Below are positions 34,499 through 42,958 of a stretch of DNA of 42,958 nt, in pieces; the first letter of the stretch is position 1; each line of letters opens with the position of its first letter. Location of the stretch: contig CAYMPX010000001.1 of the NCBI GenBank assembly GCA_964392135.1, forward strand, positions 1-42,958, written 5' to 3'. Source of the DNA: an uncultured Methylomarinum sp. (GTDB lineage: Bacteria; Pseudomonadota; Gammaproteobacteria; Methylococcales; Methylomonadaceae). The position numbers and the translations under genes were made by a program. The notes below the pieces were generated by a model. That model worked only from the letters and a program-made list of their open reading frames with translations, did not search any database and had not been told where the DNA came from.

Positions 34499-35491
34499 GT
34501 GACTAAGCTGCTGATTTTCGAGTTTATAACAGGGGGTGGCTTATCTCAACAAGGCTTGCCTGATTCATTGGCAAGAGAAGGTTTGCTAATGCTCGAGGCA
34601 CTAATTGATGATCTAACATTTGCTGCAGCATTTCAGATAACGATTTTACTTGACTGGCGGTTTAAGCAGTTAACATTGCCATTAAATATGAAGGCTGTGG
34701 TGGTAGAAAAACATCAATCCGTACATGAGATATTGCCACAGTTAATTGAGCAGACTGATTTTATCTGGCCTATTGCGCCTGAAATGGAGGCTGTTTTACA
34801 AAGAATCACCGATTTGGTTGAGAGCAAGGGGAAACGATTACTCAATTCATCATCTGCAGCGGTGGCAATTTGCAGCGATAAATTGATCACTGCACAGATA
34901 TTAGATCAGTGTGGCATTAATGTCATAGACACGGTGCAACTGAATCAATTTTCAGGCGACCTGAGGAGACAATGGGTTATCAAGCCTAAAGATGGGGTGG
35001 GCTGTTTAAATAATTATCTTGTTTCCGATAATTATGAGTTTGGGCGGGTAACTCGCCAGATTCAGCAAAGGGCGGGTTATATTATTCAACCCTATATTAA
35101 AGGCGAGTCTCTGAGTTTGTCCTGTTTATTCAAACAGGGAAAGGCATGGTTGTTGTGTTGTAATCGGCAGCAGGTTTCATTACAACAGACGTGTTTTAAG
35201 TTAACGGCTTGTGAAGTTAATATTTCTAATAATAATATGCGCTTGTATCAGTGCTTAATTAATCAGATAGCACAAGCAATCCCTGGTTTATGGGGCTATG
35301 TAGGTATTGATATAATACAGGCTGAATTTGATCTTCCTGTGGTGCTGGAAATAAACCCAAGATTAACGACATCTTATGCCGGTATAGCTCAAGCATTACA
35401 GTTTAATGTGGCGCATACGGTGTTGGATATGGTGGATAAAGATCCGGTGATCAAAAAAACAAGAGATCAGACAGTGATAGTCAAATGTTAA
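34499..35491 (+). CDS. ATP-grasp domain protein (H4MPT-pathway-associated)
   Basis: The ORF is open from a TTG at 34472. A GTG at 34499 follows an AAGGAAG SD site and gives (M)TKLLIFEFITGGG, which is typical of this family. It ends with a C-terminal ATP-grasp core (VLEINPRLT). Confidence 0.7.
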   Translation: MTKLLIFEFITGGGLSQQGLPDSLAREGLLMLEALIDDLTFAAAFQITILLDWRFKQLTLPLNMKAVVVEKHQSVHEILPQLIEQTDFIWPIAPEMEAVLQRITDLVESKGKRLLNSSSAAVAICSDKLITAQILDQCGINVIDTVQLNQFSGDLRRQWVIKPKDGVGCLNNYLVSDNYEFGRVTRQIQQRAGYIIQPYIKGESLSLSCLFKQGKAWLLCCNRQQVSLQQTCFKLTACEVNISNNNMRLYQCLINQIAQAIPGLWGYVGIDIIQAEFDLPVVLEINPRLTTSYAGIAQALQFNVAHTVLDMVDKDPVIKKTRDQTVIVKC

Positions 35492-35525
35492 ATGTGTCTC
35501 CAGTTGGCATAAAAAGGAATGATTT

Positions 35526-36569
35526 ATGAGTCAGCGTATTATAGGTTGGGATATCGGTGGAGCACATGTTAAAGCAGCCGTGCTTGAGTCTAACGGTATT
35601 ATTTCTAATGTATTACAACAGCCCTGTCCTTTATGGAAAGGCATTGAATATCTGGAACAAGCAGTGAAGCAGATCGTTTTTGAAGTGGCTGACAGTCATT
35701 GTCTGCATGCGATTACCATGACAGGTGAGTTGGTTGATTTATTTGAAAATCGAGATCAAGGGGTTGAGCAGATTATTGGTGCGATGCAAGCCGTACTTAC
35801 AGACAGTAAAGTATTGATTTATGCCGGAAGTAATGGCTTTTTAACGCCCGATAAAATTGAGCCTGAAGATTATGAATCCATTGCCTCGGCTAATTGGCTG
35901 GCAAGTGCATCGTTTTCTGCCAGTAAGCTTAAAAATGGTTTGTTTATTGATATAGGCAGTACCACAACCGATCTATTGGTTTTGGCTGATAATAAGGTCA
36001 GGGCGATTGGCTTAACAGATTATGATCGAATGCTGTCTGATGAGCTGGTTTATACCGGGATTATCAGGACAGCCGTGATGGCAGTCGCTCAGACGGCAAA
36101 TTTTAAAGGACAGTCTATGGGCTTGATGGCTGAATACTTTGCGACCATGGCCGATGTTTATCGTTTAACTGGCGAGTTAAATGAAATGCATGACCAGACG
36201 GATACCGCAGATGGTGCAGATAAAACCGTATTAGCCAGTGCCAAACGTTTGGCACGGATGACAGGATATGAATATTCAGATAATGATCTGTCATTATGGC
36301 AACTGTTTGCACAGAATATAAAGTCTCAGCAGAAAAGAAAAATTCAGTTGGCCTGTGAAAGACAGCTTTCACGTAACTTAATGGCGAACAGTGATTTTTT
36401 TATTGGGGCAGGGGTCGGACGTTTTCTGGTTATGCAAATAGCGAAAGATTTGAACTATCCTTATGTCGACTTTACGGATTTGATTGAAGCTGATTTAGGG
36501 CAGTCTTCCATGGATATTGCAGATTGTGCCCCTGCTGTTGCAGTTGCAATGCTGGTAAATCCAAAATAA
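35526..36569 (+). CDS. Hydantoinase/oxoprolinase-family protein (H4MPT-linked C1-transfer pathway protein type)
   Basis: 347 aa with an ASKHA-like N-terminus (IIGWDIGGAHVKAAV) and a second phosphate motif (FIDIGSTTTDL). Confidence 0.7.
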   Translation: MSQRIIGWDIGGAHVKAAVLESNGIISNVLQQPCPLWKGIEYLEQAVKQIVFEVADSHCLHAITMTGELVDLFENRDQGVEQIIGAMQAVLTDSKVLIYAGSNGFLTPDKIEPEDYESIASANWLASASFSASKLKNGLFIDIGSTTTDLLVLADNKVRAIGLTDYDRMLSDELVYTGIIRTAVMAVAQTANFKGQSMGLMAEYFATMADVYRLTGELNEMHDQTDTADGADKTVLASAKRLARMTGYEYSDNDLSLWQLFAQNIKSQQKRKIQLACERQLSRNLMANSDFFIGAGVGRFLVMQIAKDLNYPYVDFTDLIEADLGQSSMDIADCAPAVAVAMLVNPK

Positions 36570-36607
36570 TTGTTATAATACATTCTCTTAATGTCTCTCT
36601 TTGTTAA

Positions 36608-37981
36608 ATGACGATAGTAAATCAACAGTTTTCCCCCTTACCCTATTTTGAGGATAGCTCTCTACTGTTTGCAGCTATCGCAGATAAACCGTGGTCAGTT
36701 TTTCTTGATAGTGGCTTTCCTTATAGCAGACAAGGACGTTATGACATTCTGTCAACTGATCCTGCTATTACCCTGGTGACTAAAGGGACTACAACGGAGA
36801 TTATAGAGCAGCAGAGTACGCGTTATTCAGATGAAGACCCCTTTGTGTTGATTAAGCAATATTTAGGCACAGGTTTTCAATCAAATAAAGAGTTTCCGTT
36901 TAATGGCGGTGCGATGGGATATTTTTCTTATGATTTGGCGCGACGATTAGAAAATCTACCTGAAATTGCCAAAAATGAAGAAAATATCGCTGAAATGGCA
37001 GTCGGTATTTATTCCTGGGCTGTTATTGTTGATCATGTTAAAAAACAAAGCGTCTTAGTCGGTCATGCAATAGAGCCAACAAAATGGCAGTCTTTAATTG
37101 AGCAGTTTAGTGTGTTGAGGGTAGAGCCAGAAACACCGCCTTTTATTATATTAGAAACGCCGGTTTCTAATATGGATAAACAGTATTATTCCCAGGCTTT
37201 CGCTAAAATAAAAGCCTATTTAAAAGAAGGTGATAGTTACCAGGTTAATTTGGCACAACGATTTTGTAGTCCTTGCTCAGGCAACCCCTGGTTAGCTTAT
37301 AAGGCTTTAAGAAAAATTAATGCAGCGCCTTTTAGCGCCTATCTCAATACTCCGGAGGTGCAGGTGTTAAGCTCATCCCCCGAACGTTTTCTTAAAGTAT
37401 CCAAGGGTGAAGTTGAAACTAAACCTATTAAGGGTACACGCCCTCGATTAGCAGAGGGTGCCGCAGATAAAAAACAAATGACAGCACTTTCCGAGAGTAA
37501 AAAAGATCGCGCAGAAAATGTAATGATTGTAGATTTGTTAAGAAATGATATTAGCAAAAACTGCAAAGAAGGTTCCGTTAAAGTGCCTAAATTATTTGAT
37601 ATTGAAAGCTTTGCTACCGTTCATCATTTAGTAAGCACTGTAAAAGGGGTGTTGGCTGAGGGTCAGCATGCCTTGGATTTATTAAGAAATTGTTTTCCGG
37701 GTGGATCCATTACCGGCGCACCTAAAATACGCTCGATGGAAATTATTGAAGAATTAGAACCTAATCGCCGGGGTATTTATTGCGGTTCAGTGGGTTATAT
37801 TGGTTTTAATGGCAACATGGATACTAATATTACTATTCGTACCTTAGTGCATTCAAATAACAGCATTCGATTTTGGGCGGGTGGTGGTATTGTGAATGAT
37901 TCGGTGATGGAAGATGAATACCAGGAAAGTTTTGATAAAGCCGCGGCTTTGCTGAGCTTATTGCAGCAGTTTAAAAACTAA
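36608..37981 (+). CDS. pabB: Aminodeoxychorismate synthase component I
   Basis: 457 aa with SSSPERFL, KPIKGTRPR, ENVMIVDLLRND, FPGGSITGAPKIRSMEIIEELE and RGIYCGSVGY. Confidence 0.85.
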   Translation: MTIVNQQFSPLPYFEDSSLLFAAIADKPWSVFLDSGFPYSRQGRYDILSTDPAITLVTKGTTTEIIEQQSTRYSDEDPFVLIKQYLGTGFQSNKEFPFNGGAMGYFSYDLARRLENLPEIAKNEENIAEMAVGIYSWAVIVDHVKKQSVLVGHAIEPTKWQSLIEQFSVLRVEPETPPFIILETPVSNMDKQYYSQAFAKIKAYLKEGDSYQVNLAQRFCSPCSGNPWLAYKALRKINAAPFSAYLNTPEVQVLSSSPERFLKVSKGEVETKPIKGTRPRLAEGAADKKQMTALSESKKDRAENVMIVDLLRNDISKNCKEGSVKVPKLFDIESFATVHHLVSTVKGVLAEGQHALDLLRNCFPGGSITGAPKIRSMEIIEELEPNRRGIYCGSVGYIGFNGNMDTNITIRTLVHSNNSIRFWAGGGIVNDSVMEDEYQESFDKAAALLSLLQQFKN

Positions 37982-38541
37982 TGCAGGTTATAAAATTAGG
38001 CGGCAGTTTAATGGCTGATATAGCCTGTTTAAACCGTTGTTTACATGTTATCGAACAACAGAGTGCGGTGGTTATTGTGCCAGGAGGGGGGCTGTTTGCT
38101 GATCAGGTACGTGCTGCGCAACAAAAATACAAGTTTGATGATGAAATTGCGCATCAAATGGCAATTTTAGCGATGCAGCAAATGGCATTGTTATTTAAAG
38201 GTTTAAAGCCTTCTTTTGTTTTGGCGAACAGTGTTTCAGCAATACAGCAAGCCTTGTTAAATCATGCTGCTGTTATTTGGTCACCTGATATTGATGAACT
38301 TAATGCCTCGGCTGTTAAAGCCAGTTGGGATATTACTTCAGATAGCCTTGCCGCATGGCTGGCTGAGAAATTATTAGCCACTGAGTTAATTTTGGTTAAA
38401 TCAGCCGATATGCCTTTAGCGTTAAATTGCCAACAACAGCAAGACCTGGTTGATCCCGCATTTGAGCAATACACTCAAAATTCATCGTTTAACATTACGC
38501 TTATTAATAAAAACCACTTTAATGAATACACCTTTAGTTAG
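37981..38541 (+). CDS. Amino-acid-kinase-family protein (H4MPT-cluster-associated)
   Basis: 186 aa with the N-terminal VIKLGGSL motif and PGGG. It has a TAATG stop/start overlap with pabB. Confidence 0.65.
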   Translation: MQVIKLGGSLMADIACLNRCLHVIEQQSAVVIVPGGGLFADQVRAAQQKYKFDDEIAHQMAILAMQQMALLFKGLKPSFVLANSVSAIQQALLNHAAVIWSPDIDELNASAVKASWDITSDSLAAWLAEKLLATELILVKSADMPLALNCQQQQDLVDPAFEQYTQNSSFNITLINKNHFNEYTFS

Positions 38542-39190
38542 TCAGCTTGTTACCTTTATTAAAAAAAGGATAGATGGTTTTTATTATCAAAGTCGAGAGT
38601 CACTGTTGGGGCATCATAAGCGTGACATCGTCGTTATTCAAGTCGAACAAGCATGCAATGGCTTAAAAGGAACCCGAGATCAGTTTGAAGATGCGCTGCA
38701 ACAATTTAAGACTATTGTTAACGTAGAAGAAACAACCTTAAAGCATCGCTATAAACTATTGCAACGTCAATTTGAATTTTGTAAAAATAAAACAGACGAT
38801 GTAAATCACAGAATAGCAGCCATAGAAGAGGTGAGTAACTCTTTATTTAAAGAGTGGGAGCAGGAGCTTGGGCAGTACAATAATCGGGCTTTACGTTCAC
38901 GCAGTCGGCAGCAATTAAAAGCATCTAAACAACAATATAATCGTTTGATTAAAACCATGCGTAAAGCTGAAAGCCGAATACAGCCGGTATTATCTGCATT
39001 TAAGGATCAAGTGCTATTTTTAAAACATAACTTAAATGCACAGGCGATTGCCGCTTTACAGCATGAGTTTGTAGAAATTAGTATTGATATATCACAATTA
39101 ATCGAAGTGATGGAAATAACGATCAATGAAGCCAGTCAGTTTGTTGCCACGCTAGTTGATCAAAAAGCATTGCCCTCATCAAAAAATTAA
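38522..39190 (+). CDS. DUF2959-family protein
   Basis: The ORF is open from 38450, but the ATG at 38522 is the probable start. It contains YYQSRESLLGHHKRDIVV..QFEDALQQFK..LFKEWEQEL..FLKHNLNAQAI, which matches the DUF2959 pattern as I recall it. Confidence 0.7.
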   Translation: MNTPLVSQLVTFIKKRIDGFYYQSRESLLGHHKRDIVVIQVEQACNGLKGTRDQFEDALQQFKTIVNVEETTLKHRYKLLQRQFEFCKNKTDDVNHRIAAIEEVSNSLFKEWEQELGQYNNRALRSRSRQQLKASKQQYNRLIKTMRKAESRIQPVLSAFKDQVLFLKHNLNAQAIAALQHEFVEISIDISQLIEVMEITINEASQFVATLVDQKALPSSKN

Positions 39191-39297
39191 TGTAAGGAAT
39201 ATAAGGAGTGTGTCCGCCCTCGGTGTGATTCTTTTGAAGGCATTAATTCTGCAACAAAGAGTTTGCATCGAACACAGATATTCCTGTTTATAAAAAA

Positions 39298-40329
39298 TTA
39301 AAGCATTTTCCAGTGTAACTCTTCATTGGCTTTTAACGGAATAATGGTTTCATCATCCACTTGATAGCTGTCAGGTACTGTCCATGTTTGTTTTTGCAGT
39401 GTTATTGTTTCGGTATTTCTAGGTAGTTGATAAAAATCAGCGCCAAAGAAACTACTGAAACCTTCCAGTTTATCCAGTGCATTGGCTTGTTCAAACGCTT
39501 GGGCATAAAGTTCTAATGCAGCGTATGCACTGTAACATCCTGCACAGCCACAACTGCTTTCTTTCGCGTGTTTTAAATGGGGTGCGCTATCGGTTCCTAG
39601 AAAAAACTTTGGGTTACCACTGGTTGCTGCTTTTACCAGTGCTTGTCGGTGGTGTTCGCGTTTAATAATCGGTAAGCAGTAATTATGAGGGCGGATGCCA
39701 CCTGCTAAAATTGCATTACGATTAAATAATAAATGCTGAGGTGTTATGGTTGCAGCAACTTTATCCGATGCAGATAACACAAAATCAACCGCTTCTTTGG
39801 TGGTGACATGTTCGACAACTACCCGTAGCTTGGGAAAGTTTTTGATAATGTCGGTTAGGCTAGAGGCTACAAATTCTTTTTCTCTATCAAAAATATCGCA
39901 GTCCGGGTGGGTTACTTCACCGTGAATCAGTAGGGGAAGGTCTACTTGCTCCATGGTTTCCAGTAATGGATAAATGCCTTTAAGATCACTGACCCCCGCG
40001 TCTGAATTAGTTGTTGCACCGGCAGGATATAGTTTAATGGCGTGGATATGTTTAGATTCAGCCGCCTTTTTTATTTCATCTGTGGTTAAGGCATTGCTCA
40101 GGTAGAGTGTCATTAAAGGAGTAAAGGAGGTTCCTGCGGGTAAAGCCAGCAATATTTCGTTACGATAGGTCAATGCTTGCTCAACCGTTAAAACAGGCGG
40201 GTTGAGGTTGGGCATAATAATCGCGCGGGCAAATTGCTTGGCTGTATGAGCGATAACAGTGTTTAAAATTGCGCCGTGTCTAACGTGTAAATGCCAGTCA
40301 TCGGGTCGAACCAGTGTTAATTTATTCAT
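39298..40329 (-). CDS. pyrC: Dihydroorotase, homodimeric type
   Basis: 343 aa, colinear with E. coli PyrC ([51 protein letters not shown]). Confidence 0.93.
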   Translation of the reverse strand: MNKLTLVRPDDWHLHVRHGAILNTVIAHTAKQFARAIIMPNLNPPVLTVEQALTYRNEILLALPAGTSFTPLMTLYLSNALTTDEIKKAAESKHIHAIKLYPAGATTNSDAGVSDLKGIYPLLETMEQVDLPLLIHGEVTHPDCDIFDREKEFVASSLTDIIKNFPKLRVVVEHVTTKEAVDFVLSASDKVAATITPQHLLFNRNAILAGGIRPHNYCLPIIKREHHRQALVKAATSGNPKFFLGTDSAPHLKHAKESSCGCAGCYSAYAALELYAQAFEQANALDKLEGFSSFFGADFYQLPRNTETITLQKQTWTVPDSYQVDDETIIPLKANEELHWKML

Positions 40330-40438
40330 TGTCTCGGTGTTTTTCTATTAGAATATGTTGGTTATTCTATAGAAAGCTCTTGAAAAAATGAATTCAAGAC
40401 CTCATTTATAGAGATATTTTATTTTTTTGGAGTACCTT

Positions 40439-40717
40439 GTGCCTATATATGAATATCAGTGTCAGGCTTGTGGAGACGAGCATGAAGCTTTACAAAAAAT
40501 GAGTGCAGAGCCATTGATTACCTGTCCTGCATGTAGTGAGCCTGAACTAAAGAAAAAAATTTCAGCTGCGGGATTTAGACTAAAGGGCAGTGGCTGGTAC
40601 GAGACAGATTTTAAAGGCGGCTCAAAGAAAAATGTAGCCGAGTCATCTAAATCTGCACCGGCAAAGTCTAGCGCTGGCAGCTGTTGTGGTGGCGGTGGTT
40701 GCAGCAGCAGTCACTAG
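40439..40717 (+). CDS. FmdB-family zinc-ribbon protein
   Basis: A GTG at 40439 lies 6 nt after GGAG. The sequence (M)PIYEYQCQACGDEHE..ITCPACSE is followed by a Gly/Cys-rich tail. Confidence 0.8.
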   Translation: MPIYEYQCQACGDEHEALQKMSAEPLITCPACSEPELKKKISAAGFRLKGSGWYETDFKGGSKKNVAESSKSAPAKSSAGSCCGGGGCSSSH

Positions 40718-40737
40718 TGCTATAAATCAAGAATTAT

Positions 40738-40787
40738 AGGATGGGCAAAGGTCTTTGTGCCCTCGGGCTATTGCTTTTCCCATTCTG
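40738..40787. repeat. REP-like element (TAGGATGGGC head)
   Basis: TAGGATGGGCAAAGG..GCTTTTCCCATTCT form inverted arms around an inner GGGCAAAG/CTTTGTGCCC hairpin. Confidence 0.5.
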
Positions 40788-40824
40788 CATTTTAATCATA
40801 TTCAATTTTAAGTAGAGAACAACT

Positions 40825-42621
40825 ATGCGTACGCACAAGTGCGGAGAAGTAACAAAACAACAATTAGCTGAAACCGTTGCATTATGTGGCTGGGTTCATC
40901 GTCGTAGGGATCACGGTGGGGTTATTTTTATTGACCTTAGGGATCGTGAAGGTTTAGTACAGGTGGTTTTTAATCCTGATGCAGCTGAAACCTTTGCTAT
41001 TGCTGAAAGCGTGCGTAGTGAGTATGTTTTAAGAGTGGAAGGAACGGTTAGAGACCGTTTGGAAGGTACGGTTAATCCTAATATGAAAACCGGTGAGATT
41101 GAAGTGCTGGTCAGCCATATTGAGGTATTGAATGAATCTGAAACACCGCCTTTTCCGATTGAAAGCGATATAGAAGTTAACGAAGAAATGCGTTTGCGTT
41201 ATCGTTATATTGATTTACGTCGCACGGAAATGCAACAAAAAATGCGTGTACGTAGAGATGTAACACGTAATTTACGTAATTTTTTAGATAATGAAGATTA
41301 TTTTGAAATTGAAACGCCAATTCTGACCAAAGCAACACCGGAAGGTGCGCGAGATTATATTGTGCCTAGTCGTACCCATGATAATGCTTTTTTTGCGTTG
41401 CCTCAGTCGCCTCAATTGTATAAACAGTTGTTAATGATTGCCGGGATGGATAAGTATTATCAAATCGTGCGTTGTTTCCGTGATGAAGATTTACGTGCCG
41501 ATAGACAGCCAGAGTTTACCCAGTTAGATATTGAAACATCATTCATGAATGAAGATAAAATCATGGATACCATGGAGAGAATGATTAAACAATTATTTTC
41601 TGATGTGATCAATGTTGATTTAGATGATAAGTTCCCTGTGATGACTTATGCGGAAGCCATGAGATTATATGGTTCGGATAAACCTGATTTACGCATTCCA
41701 TTACAGTTTGTCGATATTGCAGACGACATGAAAGATGTTGATTTTAAAGTGTTCTCAGGTCCTGCCAATGATCCAAATGGTCGAGTGGTTGCATTAAAAA
41801 TTCCTGGTGGATCTGATTTAAGTCGTAAAGAGATTGATGGACTCACTAAATTTGTCAGTATTTATGGGGCAAGAGGTCTTGCTTATATTAAAGTGAATGA
41901 CAGAGATGGCGGTTTAGAAGGCTTGCAATCACCTATCGTTAAATTTGCACCGGCTGAAGTGTGGGAAAGTGTATTAACTAAAACAGGCGCGCAAACCGGT
42001 GATTTAATTTTCTTTGGTGCAGATAAAGCTAATATCGTTAATGAAGCGATAGGCGCGTTACGGGTTAAAGTCGGGCATGATCGTGGTTTAGCAGAAGGCG
42101 ACTGGAAACCTTTATGGTTGATTGATTTCCCAATGTTTGACTGGGATGATAAAAACCAGCGATGGAATGCGATTCATCATCCCTTTACTGCGCCTAGCTG
42201 TTCGGTTGAAGAGTTACAAGAAAATCCTGGTGTAGCCTTATCACGTGCTTACGATTTAATCTTAAATGGTACCGAAGTGGGCGGTGGTTCAATTCGTATC
42301 AATAAAACAGATATGCAATCCAAAGTATTTGAAATACTAGGCATTGGCGAAGAAGAAGCCAGAGATAAATTTGGCTTCTTATTGGATGCATTAAAATACG
42401 GTTGCCCTCCGCATGGTGGTATTGCCTTTGGTTTAGACCGCTTGGTGATGTTGATGACGGGGTCTGCTTCAATTAGAGACGTGATTGCCTTCCCCAAAAC
42501 ACAAACAGCTGCCTGTCCATTAATGGATTCACCCGCAGTAGTGAATGATGCTCAGTTACGTGAGTTAGGTATTAAATTACGCCAGCCAGCGGGAAAGAAA
42601 GAAGAAAAACCAGCCAGTTAA
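40825..42621 (+). CDS. aspS: Aspartate--tRNA ligase
   Basis: 598 aa with the class IIb aaRS motifs ([34 protein letters not shown]) and the bacterial insertion domain. Confidence 0.95.
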   Translation: MRTHKCGEVTKQQLAETVALCGWVHRRRDHGGVIFIDLRDREGLVQVVFNPDAAETFAIAESVRSEYVLRVEGTVRDRLEGTVNPNMKTGEIEVLVSHIEVLNESETPPFPIESDIEVNEEMRLRYRYIDLRRTEMQQKMRVRRDVTRNLRNFLDNEDYFEIETPILTKATPEGARDYIVPSRTHDNAFFALPQSPQLYKQLLMIAGMDKYYQIVRCFRDEDLRADRQPEFTQLDIETSFMNEDKIMDTMERMIKQLFSDVINVDLDDKFPVMTYAEAMRLYGSDKPDLRIPLQFVDIADDMKDVDFKVFSGPANDPNGRVVALKIPGGSDLSRKEIDGLTKFVSIYGARGLAYIKVNDRDGGLEGLQSPIVKFAPAEVWESVLTKTGAQTGDLIFFGADKANIVNEAIGALRVKVGHDRGLAEGDWKPLWLIDFPMFDWDDKNQRWNAIHHPFTAPSCSVEELQENPGVALSRAYDLILNGTEVGGGSIRINKTDMQSKVFEILGIGEEEARDKFGFLLDALKYGCPPHGGIAFGLDRLVMLMTGSASIRDVIAFPKTQTAACPLMDSPAVVNDAQLRELGIKLRQPAGKKEEKPAS

Positions 42622-42636
42622 TTGTTAAATAATGAA

Positions 42637-42757
42637 TAGGATGTGCCGACGAAAGGAGGCGCATCATTATTGCTGGATTTAGGTGGAATTACAGGATGTG
42701 CTGACAATAGGACGCACATTACAACGAAAGATGCGCTTCGTTCCTCAGCGCATCCTA
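42637..42757. repeat. Cluster of three REP-like elements (two direct, one inverted)
   Basis: The three copies are 42637-42665 TAGGATGTGCCGACGAAAGGAGGCGCATC, 42692-42719 CAGGATGTGCTGACAATAGGACGCACAT, and 42730-42757 GATGCGCTTCGTTCCTCAGCGCATCCTA. The last is the reverse complement of the 19554 type. Confidence 0.7.
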
Positions 42758-42778
42758 TGTCACAAGCTTGATTTATAA

Positions 42779-42958
42779 ATGACAACTAGCCAATTACCCA
42801 TTCAAGATTACGCGTTACTTGATGATGAAGAATGCGATGCCCGTATTATTGCCGCTAAACAGAAACTCGGTAAACGCTGTATTGTTTTAGGCCACCATTA
42901 CCAACGTAATGAAGTGTTTAAACATGCGGATATTACCGGTGATTCATTAAAGCTCTCC
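42779..42958 (+). CDS. nadA: Quinolinate synthase NadA, 5' partial (runs off the window)
   Basis: An ATG at 42779 opens a frame that stays open to the window end. The sequence is MTTSQLPIQDYALLDDEECDARIIAAKQKLGKRCIVLGHHYQRNEVFKHADITGDSLKLS, and LGHHYQ..ADxTGDSLxL fits the NadA N-terminal pattern. It is absent from the ORF track because it has no stop codon. Confidence 0.6.
   Translation, partial: MTTSQLPIQDYALLDDEECDARIIAAKQKLGKRCIVLGHHYQRNEVFKHADITGDSLKLS

Overview
An AT-rich chromosomal window (about 40% GC by eye, higher in the czc-like genes) from a Gram-negative bacterium. A tetrahydromethanopterin (H4MPT) biosynthesis block suggests a methylotroph or methanotroph-like proteobacterium, but that is only an inference. 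The window reads in this order. (1) 124-5048, minus strand: a five-gene redox module made of two lipoprotein monoheme cytochromes c, a coiled-coil outer-membrane porin, a membrane protein that fuses an uncharacterised heme-c transmembrane (TM) domain to a complete NqrC FMN module, and a full-length NqrF. The rest of nqrABCDEF is absent. This is the best candidate for an undescribed system. (2) About 5.6-24.7 kb: a metal-homeostasis island. It holds a cusCBA-like operon and a divergent czcCBA-like operon, each led by a small secreted Cys/His-rich protein. These are followed by PepSY-like and P-II-like genes and a Zn/Cd/Pb-type P1B ATPase. A convergent, MerR-controlled four-gene operon (periplasmic HMA protein, OM beta-barrel, NHL beta-propeller, MerR) has a textbook 19-bp-spacer MerR promoter. 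The island ends at a transposase relic. (3) 24986-27940: a lipid head-group-like trio (CarS/DUF46-like, EEP phosphoesterase, CDP-alcohol phosphatidyltransferase) behind a signal-peptide-bearing Pcm. (4) A fused APH-like/P-loop kinase. (5) A translationally coupled pair of a B12-binding radical SAM enzyme and a hot-dog-like protein. (6) A rhomboid protease. (7) The H4MPT-linked block (HisA/F-like, ATP-grasp, hydantoinase-like, PabB, amino-acid-kinase-like). (8) Housekeeping genes: DUF2959, pyrC, an FmdB zinc ribbon, aspS and the nadA 5' end. A family of REP-like palindromes with a TAGGATG(N)GC head occupies many intergenic gaps. I saw no rRNA, tRNA, CRISPR array or intact mobile element.
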